Source of the DNA: Candidatus Latescibacterota bacterium
Lineage (GTDB): Bacteria; Latescibacterota; UBA2968; UBA8231
Length of the DNA stretch: 64,000 nucleotides
Assembly (NCBI GenBank): GCA_965243025.1
Contig: CBDETY010000003.1
Coordinates: 1,824,001 to 1,888,000, forward strand
Direction of reading: 5' to 3'
Positions 9,680 to 19,853 of this stretch are shown here, piece by piece. How positions within the stretch are numbered: the stretch's first letter is position 1; each line of letters starts with the position of its first letter. The translations under genes were made by a program, and so were the position numbers. The notes under the pieces were generated by a model that saw nothing but the letters and a program-made list of their open reading frames with translations, was not told where the DNA came from and ran no database searches.

Positions 9680-10753
9680 CTAACCGCGCAGCTCTTTGAC
9701 GAGGGAGAACATGCCGCGGTACCCCTCCGAGCAGTTGCGGCACATGTCGACCGACCTGCGGTCGGCCAGGATTTTTTTCCTGAAATCCATGTACGCCCGT
9801 CCTCGCCAGATGTCGCCGAAGTTTCCGGCGGGATCGAAGCTGTCCCCCATGCCGAAGTCGACGTCCTTGTCGAAGCAGCAGGGAGCCACGGCGCCGTTCC
9901 AGTTCACCATCGACGAATACCACAGGACCTTGCATCCCCTGGCGGGCTGACCCTTGACGAGCAACTCTCCCGAAGGGTCATCCTCGTAGCGCCGGTGGAC
10001 GTCGTTTTCGGGCAGGAACTCCTCCACCTCGTCCGCGGAGTACACCTGTGCGGTTTTGACGAGGAACTTCTCCGCGCCCAACTCACCCGCCAGGCGCTCC
10101 GCCTCGGCGATGTCCCCCTCGTTGTGGCGGAATACGATGAACTGCAGGTTGACCAGAGGGGTTCTCGAACCGAGCTCGGACTTGGCCTGCGCCAACAGGC
10201 GGGCGCCGCGGATGACGTAGTCGAAACGCCCTCCGACGCGGTAACGCTCGTAGGTTTCCTGGTCGACGCCGTCGAGGGAAACGATGATTTCGTCGAGTCC
10301 GGAAGCGACGATCGCCCGCGCCTGCTCGATGTTGCGGATGTAATGGCCGTTGGTGCTCGTCATCGTCGGGATCCGCCGGTCCCGGGCGTAGCGAACCATT
10401 TCGACGAAGCCCTTGTTGATGAACGGTTCTCCCTGGTTCCACAGCATCAGCAGGACCAGGTACTCACCCACGTCGTCGATGAGGCCCTTGAAGTCGTCGA
10501 GATTCATGTGCCCGCGCGCCCGCTTCATCTCGCCGTTGCCGGAAGGGCACAACGGGCACTTCAGGTTACAGAAGTTCGTCGGCTCGACCATCATCATGAA
10601 CGGCCGGCCCCAGACGATGGGACGACCGGCGACCGACGAGAGCCCCATCGAGGCGAGCACCTTGCCCGCGTTCCACAGCCGCTTCCAGGTGAAGGCGTAC
10701 CCGTAGCGTTCGATGTACCTGGGAACCGCCTTGGGGGACAGCAGAAAGGCCAA
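9680..10753 (-). CDS. Radical SAM protein with SPASM/twitch domain
   Basis: EPTNFCNLKCPLC (CxxxCxxC), GEPF, STNG, SLDG; C-terminal GC...PCCFD...CRNC; start uncertain. Confidence 0.85.
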   Translation of the reverse strand: MAFLLSPKAVPRYIERYGYAFTWKRLWNAGKVLASMGLSSVAGRPIVWGRPFMMMVEPTNFCNLKCPLCPSGNGEMKRARGHMNLDDFKGLIDDVGEYLVLLMLWNQGEPFINKGFVEMVRYARDRRIPTMTSTNGHYIRNIEQARAIVASGLDEIIVSLDGVDQETYERYRVGGRFDYVIRGARLLAQAKSELGSRTPLVNLQFIVFRHNEGDIAEAERLAGELGAEKFLVKTAQVYSADEVEEFLPENDVHRRYEDDPSGELLVKGQPARGCKVLWYSSMVNWNGAVAPCCFDKDVDFGMGDSFDPAGNFGDIWRGRAYMDFRKKILADRRSVDMCRNCSEGYRGMFSLVKELRG

Positions 10754-10805
10754 TGGGATCTGTTTTCCGGATCTTGTGGATGGCGGTGCGGGCCGGTCGG
10801 CACGC

Positions 10806-11951
10806 CTATGAACTCGTCGCCTCCTCCTCTTCCTCCGCTTCATCCTCACGCCAGCGGAACCAGCCCGCGGTGCCGGCCGGCACGAACAGCAGGACGTACG
10901 GAATATAGAGAAATTCGAGAATCGGCAGGAATGGGATCAGCCTGCGGTCTTCGGAGGCCGGGGCAAAGCTCTGCAACAGGAGGTAATCGATCAGCCAGCG
11001 GAATCCCCAGACCGCTGGAAAAGCGGGCGGCACCTTTTCGAACAGGAAAGTCTGCACCACCCCCCACAGCAGAGTGAGGTGAAAGAGGTAGACCGCCGCC
11101 CCCAACAGCTTCGCCGCGCCTCGATAATGCCCCGCCTTGGAGGCGTGGCGCAGTTTCTGGTGCATCAGACCGGACCAGGATTCAGGCCCCGGACCGCACG
11201 CGACCACGGCCGCCGGATCGCGGCAGTACACCATTCGCCAGTCGGTGGCCCGGGCCACCAGCCGGGCGAAGTAGACGTCGTCCCCGGCGACGAGGTGGCC
11301 GATGGAGGCGTACCCTCCGGCCTCGTCGTACAGGCGCCGCCTGTAGGCGAGATTCCTGCCTGTACAGGAAAGCACCGCGCCATTGCCGATGCTTCCGGCC
11401 GCGAGTGCGCTGACCGCGAGGTTGTCCAGGGCGAGTACCCGGTGCCGCAGCCACCTCGTCCTGCGCGGTCTCGCGTATCCTGCAACAAGCCCGACCCCGT
11501 CGGTGAACAGCGAGGCGGTAATTCGCACCCATGCAGGGGGCGGCTCGCAGTCGGCGTCGGTGAACATCAGCAACTCCCCGGAGCTGGCGGCAATGCCCCG
11601 GGCCAGGGCGCTCTTCTTCGGGCACTCGAACTCCCCTTCCCCCTCCCCTAACGGCACCGGCTTGAGGGCCGGCCACCCGGCCGCGATCTCCCGCAGGATT
11701 TGCCCGGTCCGGTCGCTGGAACGGTCGTCCACCACAACGACTTCGATCTCTCCGGCATACTCCTGGAGCTGAAGCGCCCGCAGGCAGGTGGAGATCGAGG
11801 CTTCCTCGTTGCGGGCGGCAATGATCACGCTGACGTCGGGAGTGGTTCCGGAGACAGTCGGGGCGACTCGTCGAAGCCCCGAGACCAGCCATACGACCGC
11901 GGCGACATACCCGCATCCGAGGAGTATCATCAGCGCCTGAAGCTCAAGCAT
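10806..11951 (-). CDS. Glycosyltransferase family 2, membrane-anchored
   Basis: SVIIAARNEE, VDDRSSDRT, TDADC, GRNLAYRR, AGDDVYF, QKLRHASK. Confidence 0.85.
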   Translation of the reverse strand: MLELQALMILLGCGYVAAVVWLVSGLRRVAPTVSGTTPDVSVIIAARNEEASISTCLRALQLQEYAGEIEVVVVDDRSSDRTGQILREIAAGWPALKPVPLGEGEGEFECPKKSALARGIAASSGELLMFTDADCEPPPAWVRITASLFTDGVGLVAGYARPRRTRWLRHRVLALDNLAVSALAAGSIGNGAVLSCTGRNLAYRRRLYDEAGGYASIGHLVAGDDVYFARLVARATDWRMVYCRDPAAVVACGPGPESWSGLMHQKLRHASKAGHYRGAAKLLGAAVYLFHLTLLWGVVQTFLFEKVPPAFPAVWGFRWLIDYLLLQSFAPASEDRRLIPFLPILEFLYIPYVLLFVPAGTAGWFRWREDEAEEEEEATSS

Positions 11952-12007
11952 CGATCAGGAGGGTCGTTGGGAGGGAAAGGGCTTCAGGGGCAGGACCGCC
12001 CTGGAGG

Positions 12008-13786
12008 TCAGAAATAACCGTAACGGAGATCGAAGCTGAAAAGACGGCTCTCTCCGTCGCCGTACCCGGTGCGGCTCCCCAGGGCGATGTTCGGTCGCCA
12101 CCTCGGAGGCAGGGGCACGTTGGTTCCCCATTCGTTTGCATACCCGACCGCAACCCCGAGGCCGGGAAGAATCCGCCATTCGAGCTCGAGCGACATTTTC
12201 GTCCAGACGTGGAGGTTTCCGGCAAGGAAGTCCTTGGAGACGCGGTCGTCCCCCGGACGCCAGCCGCGGTGAAGGTCCCCGCCGACGTTGAGAACGGCTC
12301 CGTCGTCCAGGATTTCGTTGCTCCCGTGGCGTGAGCGGGACAGACTTGCACCGAGACTCAGACCGCGGCTGAAACGGCGGCTCGCGGCGACCACCCAGCG
12401 GTCGGAGTTCGGGCCGAGTGAATGTCCGAGCGGAGAATCGAAATTCCGAAAGGTGTTGATGGGAAATTTGTGGGTGTAGATCCAGGGCTCGATGCGCACG
12501 TATTCCACCCGCAGATCGGTATCGCGCAAGCCGGCCGGATCGACCCACAGCAGGCCCGCCTGCAGCGAAAACTTGTTGACGAAGTCATCGCTGAAGATGC
12601 GCAGCTTCTTGAGGTCGTCGACGACGTAGGCCAAATAGAGCTTCACCCCGTTGCCCGGATGGATGTCGAAATCGACGCCCATCATCAGGTTGTCCTTGTC
12701 GCCCTGATAGCTCTGGGCCGCCCAGTAGAACATCACCGGGTTGAGGTAAGTCGCCTGCGGAGGGCGGTCGCCGTACACCAGGACCTCCTGGAACCCGACG
12801 TCGAGCCAGTCGAACAACGACGCCTCCACCCGGTGGGCTGCGAGGTACTTCTGGCGCTCCAGCGGACGCCGGACTCCGTTGACTACGTACGACGAGGAGG
12901 TATCTCCGACACCGGCGCATTGGGGGGAATCCGGCCGGTCGGGACACGGGCGCAGGGCCCCGGCGATGCTGACCAGCTTGAGTATTCCGAACTGCCCGCG
13001 CAGACGGATCATGTCGAACCCGGGGGCGTTGTCGCTCAACCCGAGGTTGTCCCTCGCCGCCGGTCCCCAACTTGCCTGACCTTTTCCCACCTCGACCGTG
13101 AGACCCGGAAGCGGCGAAAAAAACAGCGCCGCCGCACCCTCGTGGAAGTCGGCAAGGTCTTCTTTCAGCTGCGGAACCTCCAGGCGGCGCTCGAAGACGT
13201 CGTCGCGAATCACATAGCTGCGATTCCCCTGCTCCCGCGTCTGCAGAAAGGCTATGCGGAAACCGAGGCGCTGCCAGGCTTCCCCCCGCAGAACTCCCCC
13301 GAGACGATTGCGGTACACCTGTTCGGTGCGGGCCCGGCCCAACCCGGAAATGGCGTCGACCTGGTTTCGCAGCAGGATATCGGCGAACAGCTCCCCCTGG
13401 GGAACGGCGTAGCGGACCAGAGGTTCTCCGCTTCTCAGCCGCCCCGTCCCCATTCCCCGGGAGGCATCCGCAGCCTCGCGGCCGATGGAGGGAGAGGCAT
13501 CGAGGCCGAACTCCAGGCGCAGCAGGTCGAGCTCTGACTGCTCCACTTCGCTGAGGAGGCCGCGGCGCTCCTCGATTCGCCGCAGGGCGGCGGCAACCTC
13601 GGATCTCGTGAACGGTTTGATCCCGTCCGCCAGGCGCACCAGTACCCCTTTTGCCTCGCATCGCTCGAGGAAGCGGTAGCTCGGGTGAGCGATCGGGACA
13701 TGGGTGGAACTACCCCCGGCCGCCCCGGAATCGGGGTGCGCCAGAATCGCGACGAGCGCACCTAAACCCAGTCTTGACAGTATCAT
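12008..13786 (-). CDS. Capsule assembly Wzi-like outer membrane beta-barrel protein
   Basis: Signal peptide; GKGQASWGP...LSDNAP, KYLAAHRVE, YLNPVMFY, DNLMMG, LGHSLGPNSD; ends in aromatic F. Confidence 0.7.
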   Translation of the reverse strand: MILSRLGLGALVAILAHPDSGAAGGSSTHVPIAHPSYRFLERCEAKGVLVRLADGIKPFTRSEVAAALRRIEERRGLLSEVEQSELDLLRLEFGLDASPSIGREAADASRGMGTGRLRSGEPLVRYAVPQGELFADILLRNQVDAISGLGRARTEQVYRNRLGGVLRGEAWQRLGFRIAFLQTREQGNRSYVIRDDVFERRLEVPQLKEDLADFHEGAAALFFSPLPGLTVEVGKGQASWGPAARDNLGLSDNAPGFDMIRLRGQFGILKLVSIAGALRPCPDRPDSPQCAGVGDTSSSYVVNGVRRPLERQKYLAAHRVEASLFDWLDVGFQEVLVYGDRPPQATYLNPVMFYWAAQSYQGDKDNLMMGVDFDIHPGNGVKLYLAYVVDDLKKLRIFSDDFVNKFSLQAGLLWVDPAGLRDTDLRVEYVRIEPWIYTHKFPINTFRNFDSPLGHSLGPNSDRWVVAASRRFSRGLSLGASLSRSRHGSNEILDDGAVLNVGGDLHRGWRPGDDRVSKDFLAGNLHVWTKMSLELEWRILPGLGVAVGYANEWGTNVPLPPRWRPNIALGSRTGYGDGESRLFSFDLRYGYF

Positions 13787-13932
13787 ACGTGCCGGATAGT
13801 TTGCCCCGCCTGCAAGCGGAAGAGGGCGTCGAGGGACGAATGATCCCCTGCGTCCCCCGCGGTATCCAAAAGTGCTCCGCCCGCCCGGGCCGGGCAAACC
13901 CCACAGAACAGCTGCCAACCCTTCACAGGTGA

Positions 13933-15234
<1,302 letters not shown>

Positions 15235-15336
15235 CCTCTCGCCTCCCCCGGCCTGAGCCGAGCCACCATTCGACGCCGACCCGGCAGCACCGGGTGGCGA
15301 GGCCAATCCTCTTTCCAGATTCAGGAAAGTTACGGC

Positions 15337-16635
15337 CTAACCATTCCTTCCTTCTTCCAGCGCGGCGTTTTCGCCGGTCAGTTCGGTGCCGGAACTCCGG
15401 CTGGCGTCAGGCACTTCCGAGGAACGGGCAGCGGCGACATTCAATACCAGATATCCCGCAAAGACCCCCGCCAGCACCCCTGCCCCGACTCCCCCGTCGA
15501 AGGCTTTGAACACCATCAACGCCGCCAGTAGGGAAAGCTGCTCTGATTCGGAGAGATCTACCCCTGGACGGGGAGAAGCTGTAGAAGCCTTTCGCGACAG
15601 GAGACGGGCGACCTTTGTGGAGATGAATTTCACGGCGGGACGCAGCAGGAGGACCACCGCAAGAGTGACGGCGAACGCCTCCCAGTCGATTCCGGCAGCC
15701 TGAAGCCGGTCACCGAGCAGCCAGCCGAGAGCCAGTGGCAGACCGAAGCGGACAAATGAACGACCGCGCTCGGCCACCCGGAGGATGTCCAGGCGCCTCA
15801 GAGTGCAGTTGATCAACCAGATTCCCGCAAACGCCCCCACCCAGAGAGGCTGCAACCCGAGGGCTTCGGACAGGCCTGCCCCTACGAATGTGAAGGTTGC
15901 CAGGATGAAGAAAAGGTGACCGTCCGGGTGAAACTCCCGCGAGGTCAGATCGCAGAAAAGGCCGATTGCACCACCTAGTACAACTCCCCATAAAATTTTA
16001 GCAATCCCTTCTATTGCAAACCCTTGGGATAATAAGGACAAAGGTACAATCAACTCGAAGACCGATGCGGGAAGAAACGCAGAAGCCACTCCGAGGGTAG
16101 TTATGGCCGCCATCGGGGAAAGGGAGGGATTCTGGAATTCCCGGCGCTGCGCGGCCCGAAACGAACCGCGGCTTTCCCGGGTCAGGGAAGGGCCGGCGAT
16201 GCATACCGCGGCCAGAATCAGGGTCGGTGCAGGGGTGGCCAGACCTCCACCTGCTCCCGGCAGTTTGCTCAGGGCGTACACAGAGAGGGGGACGAGTACC
16301 AGAGCGAGGAGGAATTGAGAGAGGCCGGGAAGCAGGCTCGAGCCGCTCCCCAGGCGAAGAAGGCGCAGGTCCAGGCAGCATCCGCAGGAAAATCCGATCC
16401 ATCCGGCGAAAAAGAGGGAAGCCAGGGCGGCGGCATCCCCGAGGCCGGACAGCCAGGGAACCCCGCTGCCGCCGAGGAGGAGCCCCACAAGGGCGCACAG
16501 GTGGCTCTCGCCGACAACGGCGGCAACCCCAGGACTCACCGGCTCCCGCCGCAATACCGAGCGGCGGGCGGAATACGCCAGGTACGCCGCAATGACAGCG
16601 GCGGCGATCAGGAATTCCGGAACCGGCCCGGGCAC
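15337..16635 (-). CDS. Multi-pass membrane protein, possibly cation:proton antiporter-like
   Basis: Many hydrophobic segments, GWIG motif; abuts the stop codon of the upstream gene. Confidence 0.5.
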   Translation of the reverse strand: MPGPVPEFLIAAAVIAAYLAYSARRSVLRREPVSPGVAAVVGESHLCALVGLLLGGSGVPWLSGLGDAAALASLFFAGWIGFSCGCCLDLRLLRLGSGSSLLPGLSQFLLALVLVPLSVYALSKLPGAGGGLATPAPTLILAAVCIAGPSLTRESRGSFRAAQRREFQNPSLSPMAAITTLGVASAFLPASVFELIVPLSLLSQGFAIEGIAKILWGVVLGGAIGLFCDLTSREFHPDGHLFFILATFTFVGAGLSEALGLQPLWVGAFAGIWLINCTLRRLDILRVAERGRSFVRFGLPLALGWLLGDRLQAAGIDWEAFAVTLAVVLLLRPAVKFISTKVARLLSRKASTASPRPGVDLSESEQLSLLAALMVFKAFDGGVGAGVLAGVFAGYLVLNVAAARSSEVPDASRSSGTELTGENAALEEGRNG

Positions 16636-17499
16636 TCAGTTCCCCTCGTCTATCGGCTGTCCCGTGTCGAGGTCGAGATTGGCGAGATCGACGAAACGCC
16701 CGGGCCAGGCGTCGGCAAAGTCGCTCAGCGCGGCTCGGCCGCGCGCCATCATTCGGCGCACCGATTCTTCCCCAGGACGTTCAGGTTTGACGAGGCCTGC
16801 CCCGTTTTCGAAGAACTCCACCGGCGCCAGGATACGGCCCAGAGCCCGGGCAAAAGGAGCTGAAATCCGTCCGGCCAGGCCCGCTGCCGGACTGTGTCCC
16901 ACCGGCCTGGCGGAACCCGTCCATTTGAAGATGGCCGGCATTCTTCCGACCCAGCTTGCCAGGGACTTCCATCCGCGGCAAATGATTTCGTCGTCGGCCT
17001 CTGCCTCGAAATACCCCCGCGCCGCCATCGTGAGCTGGCACTCTTCCCCCGGCCGCAGCGGCATCTCGATGTCCACCGACCACTCGGGAGCGGAGCTGTT
17101 TTCCAGGACGTGACAGTCCAGCCCCCACTCCAGGCTCTTGTGCCACAGGTCGAATCGCTCTCTCAGGGGCCCGCTGCCTGCGGCGACATGCGAGACCTCC
17201 TCCTCGATCAGCGGGTGAATCCGGATGTCCGTGTAAAGGTGGAGGGCCCATCCGGCCGCGAAGGCCTCCTCGGCCGGAGTTCCCGACTGGGCGAGGAGGT
17301 GGCGGGCGAAGTCCCCGGTGGACTCGTGATGGATGCGGTGGGAAAGGCGCCTGGGGCCTCCCGGGAAGAAACCGATGTCGGGGGCTACCGACCCGGCCTG
17401 AAAGGCCCTCAGAAGAAGGGCGTCTTCCTTCGCATCACCTGTCTCCAGCGCCGGGAAGGCGCGGCGCGCCAGCCACAGGTGATAGACGCTTCCAGCCAA
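16636..17499 (-). CDS. Zinc-dependent phospholipase C / P1 nuclease-like family protein
   Basis: N-terminal H, GSVAPDIGFF, H, FAAGWALHLYTDxxxHP, HxxxEWGLD. Confidence 0.7.
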   Translation of the reverse strand: MAGSVYHLWLARRAFPALETGDAKEDALLLRAFQAGSVAPDIGFFPGGPRRLSHRIHHESTGDFARHLLAQSGTPAEEAFAAGWALHLYTDIRIHPLIEEEVSHVAAGSGPLRERFDLWHKSLEWGLDCHVLENSSAPEWSVDIEMPLRPGEECQLTMAARGYFEAEADDEIICRGWKSLASWVGRMPAIFKWTGSARPVGHSPAAGLAGRISAPFARALGRILAPVEFFENGAGLVKPERPGEESVRRMMARGRAALSDFADAWPGRFVDLANLDLDTGQPIDEGN

Positions 17500-17561
17500 T
17501 CAGGCCAGCCGATCGAACCGCCGGCGGCCAATCCCCTCAAAGGGTGGCCGGCGGGAGGGAA

Positions 17562-18032
17562 TCAGAACGGAAGGTCGTCGTCGGCGTCGGTTCCGCCCCC
17601 GGGGGAGAAACCGGAACCGCCGGGGTTGCCTCCCCCGGCCTCGGGGGGGGGAGCGGGTGGAACCGGCGGCCCCGCCGCGGCGCCTTCCATTTCACCGCGA
17701 CTGTCGAGCATCTGCATGTCGTTGACGACGATTTCCGTGGTGTAGCGCTTCTGGCCGTTCTGGTCGTCCCAGGACCGGGTCTCGATCCTGCCTTCGACGT
17801 AAACCTTGCTTCCCTTGCGCAGGTACTGTCCTACGATCTCGGCCAGCTTCCTCCAGAAGACCAGGCGATGCCACTCGGTCCGTTCCTGCCGTTCACCGTT
17901 GCGGTCGGTCCAGGATTCGTTGGTCGCCAGACTGACGTTGGCAACCGGGACCCCGCTCGGTGTGTATTTCACTTCCGGGTCGGATCCGAGGTTGCCGATC
18001 AGAATTGCCTTGTTGACACCCCCTCGGGACAT
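17562..18032 (-). CDS. ssb: Single-stranded DNA-binding protein (canonical)
   Basis: [32 protein letters not shown]-terminal DDDLPF. Confidence 0.97.
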   Translation of the reverse strand: MSRGGVNKAILIGNLGSDPEVKYTPSGVPVANVSLATNESWTDRNGERQERTEWHRLVFWRKLAEIVGQYLRKGSKVYVEGRIETRSWDDQNGQKRYTTEIVVNDMQMLDSRGEMEGAAAGPPVPPAPPPEAGGGNPGGSGFSPGGGTDADDDLPF

Positions 18033-18324
18033 TGGGAAACCCTCCTTTTCTCGTTACCAACCCGAGTCCGCGAGGGCCGCCGCATCGCGAGCATGGACCG
18101 GTGGAATTAGTTTCGATGTACGTAAATCGGTCGGTGAAACCGGGTCAAGGAGTTTCCCCACCCCGTCCAATCGCGGTTGCCCTGATCCCTTCCCGATGCC
18201 TCCCGGGCCGGGCATGCCTCCAGATCCCGAATCTGCAGAACAGAGCCCTGCAGGGCAGGAAACCCAAGGTTCGGCGCAGTTGTCTGCAAATTCGATCGGC
18301 AAAAAAGAAATCCGGAAGAAACTC

Positions 18325-19440
18325 ATGAGTGCTCCGACCCTGTACCATCGCCTCGGCCTGCGCCCGTTCATCAACGCCCGGGGCACCATTACCACCCTTG
18401 GAGGCTCGATCATGCCGCCCGAGGTGGTCGATGCCATGGTCGAGGCCTCGCGCCAGTTCGTACACCTCGACGAGTTGCACGAGAAGGCCGGGGCCCGCAT
18501 CGCCCGGCTCACGGGGGCGGAAGGGGCGTTCATTTCCGCCGGAGCCGCCTCGGGCGTGTTCCTTGCCGGGGCTGCTTGCCTGACCGGCGAGGATCGGGAG
18601 GCCATTCGCCGTCTCCCCGAAACCGGAGGTCGTCCCAGCGAATTCGTGATCTCCCTGGTCGACGGTCACTACTACATCCACCAGGGGTTCCAGGTGTGCG
18701 GAGGCACCCTGGTCAAGGTCGGCACCAGCCAATCCGTAAGCGTCCGTGACTATGCCGACGGGATTTCCCCGCGCACCGCCGCCTGCGTGTTCTTCCTGGG
18801 AAGCCAGCGGCGCGAACAACTGCCCGAAATCATCGAGGTGAGCCATGGCCGCGGAGTACCCGTCATCGTCGACGCGGCGGCTCAGCTTCCCCCGCGCGCC
18901 AACCTGACCGAACTGACCGCAATGGGAGCCGACCTCGTCGTCTTCAGCGGGGGCAAGGGTCTGTTCGGCCCCCAGTCCACGGGCCTCATCCTCGGCAGGG
19001 CCGACCTGGTGCGCGCCTGCCGCCTCAACAGCAACCCTTACTCGGGAGTAGGCCGTGGCATGAAGGTCGGCAAGGAGGAAATTTGCGGCCTGCTCAGAGC
19101 CGTGGAGCTTTTCCTGGACCAGGATGAGGAGGCGGTTGTTTCCGAGTGGGTGCGCCGCTGCCACCTGATCGCTGCAGCCGCGACCGGTTTTCCGGGGGTG
19201 GAACCGGATTACCAGCCGCCCTACACCAACCAGTTTCCGCCGGCCTCGCCCCTGGTTCGCCTTGTCTTCCGCCCTCACGCCCCCAAGACCGCCGCTCAAG
19301 TGGTCCGGGAACTGGAAGCGGGGGAACCGTCAGTACTGGCCAGTTCCACCGGCAATGCGGTAAGCGTAGGGCCGCAAACCTTGCAGAACGGGGAAGCCGA
19401 AGTCGTCGCGGCAAGGCTGCGGGCGATTCTGTCCGGCTAG
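18325..19440 (+). CDS. SelA-like PLP enzyme (DgaE / D-glucosaminate-6-phosphate ammonia-lyase family)
   Basis: PFINARGTITTLGGS, VDAAAQ, FSGGKGLFGPQSTG, GRGMKVGKEEI. Confidence 0.8.
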   Translation: MSAPTLYHRLGLRPFINARGTITTLGGSIMPPEVVDAMVEASRQFVHLDELHEKAGARIARLTGAEGAFISAGAASGVFLAGAACLTGEDREAIRRLPETGGRPSEFVISLVDGHYYIHQGFQVCGGTLVKVGTSQSVSVRDYADGISPRTAACVFFLGSQRREQLPEIIEVSHGRGVPVIVDAAAQLPPRANLTELTAMGADLVVFSGGKGLFGPQSTGLILGRADLVRACRLNSNPYSGVGRGMKVGKEEICGLLRAVELFLDQDEEAVVSEWVRRCHLIAAAATGFPGVEPDYQPPYTNQFPPASPLVRLVFRPHAPKTAAQVVRELEAGEPSVLASSTGNAVSVGPQTLQNGEAEVVAARLRAILSG

Positions 19441-19595
19441 GTTGCCGACTGCCGGGAGTCCGCCCGAGGCCACCGCCTGCCCGGCAGTCAGCACCGACCA
19501 AGGCTGTATTCGAACCGCTGCCGAACGAAGTTCCAGCCGCAGTCGCAGGCTTGGGGAAGAAGCCTTTGCGACGGCAGTTTCCAAACCTCTACCGC

Positions 19596-19624
19596 TTGAC
19601 ATTCCGGGCTACCATTGCTATCCT
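19596..19624 (+). promoter_or_regulatory. Sigma70-type promoter upstream of the orphan ftsA
   Basis: TTGACA-17 bp-TATCCT with extended -10 TG. Confidence 0.65.
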
Positions 19625-19647
19625 GAACGAAGACGCGACAGACTCAG

Positions 19648-19684
19648 AAAGGCCGCGGAGAGCCCCCTTTCCCCGGCCTTTTTT
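19648..19684 (+). terminator. Intrinsic terminator-like hairpin
   Basis: AAAGGCCG-c-GGAGAG/CCCC/CTTTCC-c-CGGCCTTT ending in a T6 run. Confidence 0.6.
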
Positions 19685-19853
19685 ACCACCCTCTGACGCG
19701 GCCTCTTCCCGATTTCCCCTGGGTTCTCCCCCTCCTTGAACTGACAGCCGGGCCTACCCCTGCGCCATGGCGGAAGCTGGATTCCGACCTTCGATCAGGT
19801 GGGTCGGGGCCGGAATTCCCGGATGGTTCACCCGGTCGCGTAGAACATCGCCC

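Noticed and set aside
18325-19440. Selenocysteine synthase SelA
   Set aside because: It is short, lacks the SelA N-terminal domain, has the GRGMKVGKE motif of DgaE-like proteins, and no selB/selC/selD is nearby.
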